NCBI GenBank assembly: GCA_018671205.1
Contig: JABHIC010000005.1
Location: forward strand, 1 to 31,768
DNA length: 31,768 nucleotides
Source of the DNA: Gammaproteobacteria bacterium
GTDB taxonomy: Bacteria > Pseudomonadota > Gammaproteobacteria > GCF-002020875
Direction: 5' to 3'
Shown here: positions 25,424 to 31,768 of the stretch, in pieces
How the letters are laid out: each line of letters opens with the position of its first letter
Numbering within the stretch: position 1 is the first letter of the stretch
Made by a program: the position numbers and the translations under genes
Notes under the pieces: model-generated
Told to the model about the DNA's origin: nothing
What the model saw: the letters and a program-made list of their open reading frames with translations, nothing else
The model's database searches: none

Positions 25424-25732
25424 ATGATGAATATTACAAAGCGTAAACCGGTAGGGGTTGGAGAGATGTTAACGGAAGAGTTTATGGCACCCCTTGATAT
25501 AACTCAGAGTAAGCTTGCAGAAGCAATGGGGGTTAGTAGAAAGACAGTGAATGAGTTATGTAATGATAGGCGCTCAATTACGGCAGAGAGCGCATTAATG
25601 TTAAGCCGCGTGTTTGGTAATAGCGCAGATTTTTGGCTAAATCTTCAGCAAAGAATAGATATCTGGGAGGTGTTGAACTCACCTAAACGAAGGCATCGAA
25701 TAGAGATGGCTCACCCTATTACCGTGAATTAA
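25424..25732 (+). CDS. higA: HigA-family antitoxin (XRE HTH)
   Basis: GEMLTEEFMAPLDITQSKLAEAMGVSRKTVNEL...ITAESALMLSRVFGNSADFWLNLQ. Confidence 0.9.
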   Translation: MMNITKRKPVGVGEMLTEEFMAPLDITQSKLAEAMGVSRKTVNELCNDRRSITAESALMLSRVFGNSADFWLNLQQRIDIWEVLNSPKRRHRIEMAHPITVN

Positions 25733-25749
25733 GAGATAGACCCACTACC

Positions 25750-26832
25750 ATGAGAACAGCCCCCTACATCATATTGCTACTCCTCCTTCCCGGTCTGCTG
25801 TTTGCGGCCGATATTCCAACCGTCACTTCACTGGAGATGGAACAGAAGCTGGATGAGCTTCACCTCAACTACACCCTGGAGAGCCCCACGGGGGCCTATG
25901 CCGAGGTACTGCTGGAGATCAGTGAAGATCAGGGCGGAAATTGGCGTACCCCCAAAGGGGCGAAGGGGGATATCGGCAGTGGAATCCCCGCTGGAGCCAA
26001 CCGGATCATCTGGGATATCTATAGCGAATACCCTAAAGGGATTCAGGGGGTGGTCGATTTTAAGCTTCAGACCCGTGCCGAACAGCAGCAGACCCCGGAA
26101 CAAAAGGCTGGGGATAGCTGGACGGACCCCTATAGTGGAATAGAGTTTGTGTGGATTCCTGCAGGAGAGTTTATGATGGGTAGCCCATCCTCTGAGCCAG
26201 GTAGAGATGATGATGAGCGGCAACATCGGGTTAAGCTGAGCGAAGGGTACTGGCTGGGCAGATACGAAGTGACTCAGAGGCAGTGGAAAAAAGTGATGGG
26301 GAACAACCCCTCGAAATTCACAAGCTGCGGCAGCGACTGCCCGGTAGAGAAGATCTCATGGGAGGATACCCAGGACTTTATCCGCAAGCTAAACGGCAGA
26401 GGCAACGGCAGCTTCAAACTGCCGAGTGAGGCGCAGTGGGAGTATGCGGCCCGAGCAGGGACCACCACCCCGTTCTCGTTTGGAAACAACATCACCGCCT
26501 CACAGGCAAACTATGATGGAAACTACCCCTACAACGGCAATGCCAAAGGACGTTACCGGAAGACTACTGTAACGGTGGGCAGTTTTCCAGCCAACCGATG
26601 GGGACTGCATGAGATGCATGGCAACGTATGGGAGTGGCTGAATGACTGGAAAGGGAATTATCCGTCGGGCACGGTAACAGATCCGGAGGGACCCGGCTCG
26701 GGTCAGTACCGCGTGATTCGTGGCGGCAGCTGGAACCGCTACGCGGGGTCCCTGCGTTCTGCGAATCGCAACTACTATTCGCCCGGCGGTCGCGGCTACG
26801 ACCTCGGGGTTCGTCTTATGAGGCAACCTTAG
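25750..26832 (+). CDS. DGR target protein 3 (cassette-proximal): signal peptide, beta-rich N-domain, FGE-sulfatase/CLec domain with VR3
   Basis: Same FGE-domain motifs as the other targets; 3' end matches the TR. Confidence 0.95.
   Translation: MRTAPYIILLLLLPGLLFAADIPTVTSLEMEQKLDELHLNYTLESPTGAYAEVLLEISEDQGGNWRTPKGAKGDIGSGIPAGANRIIWDIYSEYPKGIQGVVDFKLQTRAEQQQTPEQKAGDSWTDPYSGIEFVWIPAGEFMMGSPSSEPGRDDDERQHRVKLSEGYWLGRYEVTQRQWKKVMGNNPSKFTSCGSDCPVEKISWEDTQDFIRKLNGRGNGSFKLPSEAQWEYAARAGTTTPFSFGNNITASQANYDGNYPYNGNAKGRYRKTTVTVGSFPANRWGLHEMHGNVWEWLNDWKGNYPSGTVTDPEGPGSGQYRVIRGGSWNRYAGSLRSANRNYYSPGGRGYDLGVRLMRQP
26698..26822 (+). repeat. DGR variable repeat VR3
   Basis: Ungapped 125-nt alignment to TR with 19 mismatches, all at TR adenines. 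Confidence 0.97.
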
Positions 26833-27004
26833 TAGCCCTCTGCTCTTTTACCCTTTTACCCTCGAAGAGGTAGCCGTAGAGGAGTAGGGGCTAGGCGTGC
26901 GTAGCCGCCCCAAGCCCCGGAACCACTGCGGCGGTGGATAGTTGTACTCTCATTAAGGTGGGCACGGATAGACCCTCGGGGCGAAGCCCCGACGCAATTT
27001 TTTT
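26833..27004 (+). repeat. Conserved post-target element, copy 3
   Basis: Contains CCTC-GAA-GAGG (within 26857-72) and a perfect TCGGGGC-GAA-GCCCCGA (26976-92). Confidence 0.88.
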
Positions 27005-27020
27005 GGATAATCGGATGTTG

Positions 27021-27497
27021 ATGAAGGTGATAACGCTACATTTTAGTGTGGTGATGAATGGCTTTGACGATACCCCGCTGACAGCCTTTATTCAGGATAA
27101 GTCGGTGCTGTCGTTACGAGACCACTTTTTTGTCCACAATGAAAAACCCTATCTGGCCGTGGTTGTGGTCTATGACCCGGTTGCAGAGCCGACAGGAAAG
27201 GGAAAAGGCGCTACCCGGAGGGGTTCTCGCGATGAGTCCTGGCGTACTCTGCTCAGTGATGAGCAGATGCCGTTATTCGATACCCTGCGCAGCTGGCGTG
27301 CAGAACAGAGCAAACAGGAGGGGATTCCTCCGTATGTGATCTGTAACAATCGGCAGTTGGCGCAAATTGTAGCGGCACGTCCGCAGACACTCTCGGCACT
27401 GATGCAGATCGATGGGTTGGGTAAGGCCAAGGTGGAAAAGTATGGTCAACCCCTGCTGGATCAACTGTTGGCAGAGAGTGGTGATGCAAAAGAGTAA
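27021..27497 (+). CDS. HRDC-domain DGR accessory protein
   Basis: LFDTLRSWRAEQSKQEGIPPYVICNNRQLAQIV...LMQIDGLGKAKVEKYG is an HRDC domain. HRDC accessory genes are known from some DGRs. Start moved to ATG 27021. Confidence 0.85.
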   Translation: MKVITLHFSVVMNGFDDTPLTAFIQDKSVLSLRDHFFVHNEKPYLAVVVVYDPVAEPTGKGKGATRRGSRDESWRTLLSDEQMPLFDTLRSWRAEQSKQEGIPPYVICNNRQLAQIVAARPQTLSALMQIDGLGKAKVEKYGQPLLDQLLAESGDAKE

Positions 27498-27828
27498 TCA
27501 AGATCTGCCGGTTTTTGTGAAGTGGATCGACTTTTTGGAGTGGTTACTGCCAGTGACCGAGCGCTTTCCAAAGCGTGTGCGGTTCAGTTTTTCGGAGCGT
27601 ATTAATCAGTTGGCACTGGACATCGTCGAGGATCTGGTCGAGGCGCGTTATAGCAACAACAAGCGGGAGATACTGCGGCGTGCCAATTTGCGTTTAGAGA
27701 AGTTGCGAGTACTGCTGCGCATCTCCAATAAGCAGAAATTCCTCGATTACAAACGCTATGAGTATGCGATGCAAGAGATCAATCAAGTCGGTAAGATGTT
27801 GGGTGGCTGGTTGAAGCAGCAGCAATGA
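27484..27828 (+). CDS. avd: Avd (accessory variability determinant), four-helix bundle
   Basis: FPKRVRFSFSERI...ANLRLEKLRVLLRIS...EINQVGKMLGGW; 114 aa; overlaps the RT start. Confidence 0.93.
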   Translation: MQKSNQDLPVFVKWIDFLEWLLPVTERFPKRVRFSFSERINQLALDIVEDLVEARYSNNKREILRRANLRLEKLRVLLRISNKQKFLDYKRYEYAMQEINQVGKMLGGWLKQQQ

Positions 27829-28838
27829 GACGGGTAGGGCACGTTTTTTCGCAGGTAGTCGGGTTTGAGAACCTATTGCAGGCGGCTCATCAAGCAGCAC
27901 GTGGTAAAAAAATGCAGCTACGTGTTGCACATTTTATATTTCATCTGGAGTCTGAGTTGTTGCAGATACAGGGTGAGCTGGAGCAGTCTAACTGGCAGCC
28001 CGGTAACTTCCGTATATTTGAGATCAGTGAACCAAAGCCACGGCGTATCAGTGCTGCCGACTTTCGGGATCGAGTTGTTCACCACGCAATTTGCAAGGTA
28101 TTAGGGCCAATTTTTGATAAACGCATGATCTTTGATAGCTGGGCATGCCGTAGCGGTAAAGGTTCACACCGGGCCGTGCAGCGAGCAAAACGGTTCAGTG
28201 GTAAATATCCCTATTACCTTAAATGCGATATTCGGCGCTACTTCGACAATGTAGACCACGCTGTTCTGAAGCAGTTGTTGCGCAGAATACTCAAAGACCG
28301 GCCTATGCTGGATGTTCTCGATAAAATTATTGACCATCCACTGCCTGGAGCGGCACCGGGAAAGGGGTTGCCCATTGGTAATTTACCCAGCCAGTATTTC
28401 GCCAATCTCTACCTTGGAGAGCTGGATCATGAGCTGAAAGATCGATACGGTATCAAGGCGTATCTGCGTTATATGGATGATATGTTGGTGTTTGCGCAAG
28501 ATAAGCAACAACTGCATGATGTTCTTGCTACGATAGAGCACTTTATTGAGGTTAAGTTACAGTTGAAATTAAAGCCTTCAGCAACCTGTATTGCGCCGGT
28601 TACTGAGGGGGTGCCCTTTTTGGGGTTTAGAATTTTTCCCGGATTAGTGCGCTTGAACGCGCAAAGCTTGCGTAGATTTCGTCGACGTCTATCATTATGC
28701 GAGCAAGAGTACCGTTTGGGAAAAATAGATGTGGATCAGTTAGCCGCATCTGTACAGAGTATGTTGGCCCATTTGCAACATGCGGATACGCATCGGTTGA
28801 GGCAGTCGTTACTCTCCTCCTCTTTTGCGTTGGGATGA
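27825..28838 (+). CDS. DGR-class reverse transcriptase
   Basis: FRDRVVHHA, YLKCDIRRYF, GLPIGNLPSQYFANLYL and YLRYMDD motifs. 337 aa with no maturase or endonuclease extension. Confidence 0.97.
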   Translation: MRRVGHVFSQVVGFENLLQAAHQAARGKKMQLRVAHFIFHLESELLQIQGELEQSNWQPGNFRIFEISEPKPRRISAADFRDRVVHHAICKVLGPIFDKRMIFDSWACRSGKGSHRAVQRAKRFSGKYPYYLKCDIRRYFDNVDHAVLKQLLRRILKDRPMLDVLDKIIDHPLPGAAPGKGLPIGNLPSQYFANLYLGELDHELKDRYGIKAYLRYMDDMLVFAQDKQQLHDVLATIEHFIEVKLQLKLKPSATCIAPVTEGVPFLGFRIFPGLVRLNAQSLRRFRRRLSLCEQEYRLGKIDVDQLAASVQSMLAHLQHADTHRLRQSLLSSSFALG

Positions 28839-28845
28839 TGGGAGA

Positions 28846-28970
28846 TCAGGTCAGAACCGCGTGAATCGTGGCGGCAGCTGGAACAACAACGCGAAGAACC
28901 TGCGTTCTGCGAATCGCAACAACAATTCGCCCAGCAATCGCAACAACAACCTCGGGGTTCGTCTTATGAG
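28846..28970 (+). repeat. DGR template repeat (TR)
   Basis: Starts 8 nt after the RT stop. 36 adenines and 14 AAY codons in the VR frame. May extend 3 nt upstream (AGA versus AGC/AGT/GGC in the VRs). Confidence 0.97.
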
Positions 28971-29049
28971 TACAAAACAGTGCCAGATGAGGTGGATTTA
29001 CGGATCTCTCTCCCGTGCATAAGGATTGTCCAGCCCCATCAATCCTGTG

Positions 29050-29146
29050 TCTGAACATAGTGCCTATGTTCAGAACAAAAAGCTGAAGTAGATATCCGGC
29101 GTTTGGTAGTCTTGTTAATGCAAGGTCGAAGAACGTCGGATTATCT
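29050..29146 (+). other. Structured 3' flank of TR
   Basis: Perfect TCTGAACATAG-TGC-CTATGTTCAGA (29050-74), plus ATCCGGCGTT/AACGTCGGAT arms (29094-103 and 29132-41). Confidence 0.65.
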
Positions 29147-29248
29147 CAATAGGCCTCTAGCGTATTTAGTGACGACTTGGTATCCGTTATGTTTCATGGT
29201 TCCTTTTTGGGAGGTGTAACGACGCTGGTTGGTTCCTATTATCAATGA

Positions 29249-29536
29249 TCATCCTAGATGATTAACCCGCTCCCGTAACTCTTTCCCAGGTTTGAAGTGG
29301 ACGGTGTATTTTTCTGGAATCAATACGCTCTCTCCACTCTTCGGGTTTCTCCCATTTCTCGCTTCATGGTGACGCAAAGAGAAGGCCCCAAAGCCTCGGA
29401 TTTCAATTCGCCCTCCACTCCCTAAGGTTGCCTGCATCTTCTCGATAATGGCATTCACTACAGCATCACTATCTTCAAGACTAAGGTGGTGGTTATTCTT
29501 CAAGTAGAGGCGGTTGATTAGCTCAGATTTGGTCAC
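29249..29536 (-). CDS. ihfB: Integration host factor beta subunit (orphan copy)
   Basis: TKSELI...GRIEIRGFGAFSL...GRNPKSGESV...HFKPGKELRERVN. GTG start at 29536 inferred from the family N-terminus. Confidence 0.9.
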   Translation of the reverse strand: MTKSELINRLYLKNNHHLSLEDSDAVVNAIIEKMQATLGSGGRIEIRGFGAFSLRHHEARNGRNPKSGESVLIPEKYTVHFKPGKELRERVNHLG

Positions 29537-29607
29537 AAGAACTCCATATTTCTGTGTTGTCATGCTTTATTGTAACATGTAAGTTCATGATAATAAAAAC
29601 ATAATAC

Positions 29608-29636
29608 TTGACATTCATAAAATGATTTGATAACAT
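29608..29636 (+). promoter_or_regulatory. Candidate sigma70 promoter
   Basis: TTGACA (29608-13), 17 nt, TAACAT (29631-36) in an AT-rich tract. Confidence 0.5.
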
Positions 29637-29773
29637 ATATAAAAATGCTGATGAAAGTTATCAGTCATTGGCGACCGTTTTACGTGGCAGGTTCGGCGGA
29701 ATATAAGGGAAAAGTCACACGGAGAGTTGGTACCAATCTCCATCTAGGATCAGCAGATCCGCACTATCTACAG

Positions 29774-29795
29774 GCCCCACTTCGGGGCATTTTTT
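29774..29795 (+). terminator. Rho-independent terminator
   Basis: GCCCC-ACTTC-GGGGC followed by ATTTTTT. Confidence 0.65.
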
Positions 29796-29932
29796 ATGAG
29801 GGAAAGTAAAATGAGCAGAGACCATCTGAGGGTGAATTGCGCGTGCCCGAAAAAAAGAGGTAACCGTTTTAAAGCACTGTTACAGCGTGCCTTGTCCAGC
29901 TACTCCGGAAGCAAGCGTAAGGAGGGCATTAG

Positions 29933-30199
29933 ATGGGGTACCTCACTACAGCGAACATCAGAGTGTATGAGTGCGACACATTACACAAGCGGCAGGATGA
30001 CAGCATGAATAAGAGAGAGGCGGGGTACAACCCCATGTTCGGCTCTAGAGAGAGCATCATCGATGCTATCGAATACCTTAACCAGACGGTGGCATGCAGT
30101 GAGCCACCGGCTATAGAGCATCTTGCGGGCTTTATGGTAGTGATCAACACCATGGCTATTGAGATAGAAAGACTATCGGAGTGTCGCCATGTGCTATGA
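29933..30199 (+). CDS. Small hypothetical protein (start uncertain)
   Basis: ORF coupled to the next gene; no motif recognised. Confidence 0.35.
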   Translation: MGYLTTANIRVYECDTLHKRQDDSMNKREAGYNPMFGSRESIIDAIEYLNQTVACSEPPAIEHLAGFMVVINTMAIEIERLSECRHVL

Positions 30200-30404
30200 G
30201 AGAGAGCAGCCACTGCAGGTCAGCATAACCATCAGCACGAGTAACGATGCCTTTATGGCCGATCCCACCCATGAGGTGTGCCGCATCCTTGCCAATACCA
30301 TTATCCGTTGGGAGGGCTGCAGCATGGTAAGCCACCTATTGAGAGACCATAACGGTAATCAGGTCGGCCACGCAATCATCCAGACAACGAAAGAGGGAGG
30401 TTAG
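30189..30404 (+). CDS. Small hypothetical protein of a type seen in mobile elements
   Basis: ITISTSNDAF...EVCRIL...LRDHNGNQVG resembles small phage/plasmid hypotheticals (recollection only). Confidence 0.45.
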   Translation: MCYEREQPLQVSITISTSNDAFMADPTHEVCRILANTIIRWEGCSMVSHLLRDHNGNQVGHAIIQTTKEGG

Positions 30405-30610
30405 AAGAGCAGGCAAAACAGAATAGAGTTATCACCAACGGTTGGTGCCATCAACACCAACAAACCAAACTTAACCGTCCCATCAAGGGGCAACCACTGC
30501 CTTTCCAGCTAGAAATACCCAACGGCCTAAGCGTTGATCCATGCATAGGTTGGTTTCGCTCGTGCTGAGAAAAGTGAATCAAGCATACCAAGTAACAACA
30601 GGAGAAACAC

Positions 30611-31192
30611 ATGACTGCAAAAATAATGATCGTAGATTCAACCGGCTGGAACCTTGCCGTATCCAGTATGGCCAAAAATGACGTGCGCTACGCACTCAAC
30701 GGCATTGTACTGTTTACCGATGGCTCTGTCGGTGCCACCAATCGTCAGGTGGCCAGTGTCGCCAACAATGTAGTGGTCTATGAAAACCTGATCGAGACCA
30801 TTGTTGATTATGAGCTGATTGGTGAGCATGGTGGAGCCAAGGCCGGGGTGATTCTCAAGCCACAAAAGACGCTTCCAAAGAAGGCGGCTTATGCCGTAAT
30901 CGATATCGACCGCAAGATGATCATCCCGTATGACCAAGAGAGCAAGCCACTAACGCCCATCTTGTTTGAGTGGATAGATGCGGTGTTTCCTGATCTCACA
31001 ACCTACTTCAATGAGAGAGAGGAGCCGAGAGAACAGATCACCTTCAGCCCAGGGCTGCTTACACGTCTGGTGTCTAACTTGGATAAGGAGGAGGGGGCTC
31101 ACTTTGAGTTCTACGGACCAGACCACTTCTTTCGCATGAAGTACAAAAACATTGATGCCCAATCAATCGTGATGCCGATGCGAGGTCAGTAG
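30611..31192 (+). CDS. Beta-clamp (DnaN) domain-like protein, 193 aa
   Basis: SSMAKNDVRYALNGI...GATNRQVA and DAVFPD parallel the DnaN motifs MAxQDVRYYLNG...ATDGHRLA and DGxFPD. About half the length of DnaN. Good RBS. Confidence 0.55.
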   Translation: MTAKIMIVDSTGWNLAVSSMAKNDVRYALNGIVLFTDGSVGATNRQVASVANNVVVYENLIETIVDYELIGEHGGAKAGVILKPQKTLPKKAAYAVIDIDRKMIIPYDQESKPLTPILFEWIDAVFPDLTTYFNEREEPREQITFSPGLLTRLVSNLDKEEGAHFEFYGPDHFFRMKYKNIDAQSIVMPMRGQ

Positions 31193-31228
31193 GCCAGCAA
31201 CTTCTACAGACAAACCCAGGAGATGTTT

Positions 31229-31645
31229 ATGAACATATTAATGCTAGAGCATGGGGGGTACCCCTTGCCGATTACAAGAGAGTTGATTGAAGTATTGGAG
31301 GAGGAGTCAGAACGCCGAGACTTTGATCCCACCAAAACTGGAATCATCTTCAGTTTCAAAGCCCCCGCCTACACACCAGAGGCGGGAGGTTTCCACCCAG
31401 TAGAGATTGCACTGGGTACCAATTTACGGCTGCTGTACATCACAGATTTTGCCTACTACGGTCAGCCTCCGTTTGCGGAGCTAGAGAAGGAGATTGACTT
31501 CGACTTCTCCGGATGGACGCTCAGCCATCAGGGGGAAGAGTACCCTATCGAAGAGCAGGCAGAGCTATATGAGGCGTGGCAATACAATTTTATTGCTTAC
31601 TACCGGATGGGAGCCTATGAAATTTCCGTATCGGAGCTCTACTGA
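31229..31645 (+). CDS. DUF2787-like protein
   Basis: FKAPAYTPEAGGFHPVEI...YITDFAYYG...ELEKEIDFDF. Start at 31229 fits the AGGAG spacing. Confidence 0.7.
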   Translation: MNILMLEHGGYPLPITRELIEVLEEESERRDFDPTKTGIIFSFKAPAYTPEAGGFHPVEIALGTNLRLLYITDFAYYGQPPFAELEKEIDFDFSGWTLSHQGEEYPIEEQAELYEAWQYNFIAYYRMGAYEISVSELY

Positions 31646-31768
31646 TGAACAGTCGAAAGCCCTATCAGCAGGGAGATCTAGACGGGTACTGCGGCCCCTA
31701 TTGTGTGATCAATGCTCATCAATACATTGTTGGTCCGATCTATAGGGAGCACGCGTGGGCCTATCTCA

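Larger units (their letters stand above)
25750..29150 (+). mobile_element. Diversity-generating retroelement core cassette (target, hrdc, avd, RT, TR)
   Basis: All canonical components are present and co-oriented, with adenine-specific TR/VR divergence. The right boundary is approximate. Confidence 0.97.

Noticed and set aside
10050-26832. Targets as true formylglycine-generating enzymes
   Set aside because: The catalytic Cys-containing segment of FGE is not seen before RGGSW and no sulfatase is nearby. The fold is the CLec scaffold used by DGR targets.
27021-27497. RecQ pseudogene fragment
   Set aside because: It is an intact ORF with its own N-terminal domain, coupled to avd; HRDC accessory genes are known in DGRs.
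27825-28838. RT as group II intron, retron or CRISPR-associated RT
   Set aside because: It is short with no maturase/endonuclease domain, has adjacent avd and TR, and shows A-specific VR divergence.
10050-28970. Prophage tail-fibre DGR
   Set aside because: There are no phage structural genes in the window and the targets carry signal peptides.
28825-29022. 65-aa Asn-rich ORF resembling an FGE C-terminus
   Set aside because: It is the TR read in the VR frame; there is no evidence it is a gene.
30611-31192. Chromosomal dnaN
   Set aside because: It is about half the length of DnaN and has no dnaA/recF/gyrB context.

Overview
Proteobacterial accessory region, almost entirely on the + strand; Gammaproteobacteria-like judging by the IHF-beta sequence (inference). 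The best-supported feature is a complete diversity-generating retroelement (DGR): target gene, HRDC-domain accessory gene, avd, reverse transcriptase and a 125-nt template repeat (TR, 28846-28970). The TR aligns without gaps to three variable repeats (VR1 10959-11083, VR2 14840-14964, VR3 26698-26822). These lie at the 3' ends of three exported FGE-sulfatase/C-type-lectin-fold genes with unrelated N-termini, about 18, 14 and 2 kb from the TR. All 58 TR/VR mismatches I counted (19+20+19) fall on TR adenines. Each target is followed by a conserved hairpin-bearing element. The targets sit in a ~25-kb cluster of mostly exported or membrane proteins that I cannot match to a named system: two caspase-like (C14) proteases each paired with a DUF4384-type protein, a subtilase, a membrane-anchored Lon-like domain, an intact and an apparently dead lytic transglycosylase, an ExbB/ExbD/TonB-like set and lipoproteins. 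BrnTA and HigBA toxin-antitoxin pairs lie next to targets. The right end (orphan ihfB, beta-clamp-like domain, DUF2787-like gene) suggests an ICE, plasmid or island. All family calls are from motif recognition by eye; no searches were run.
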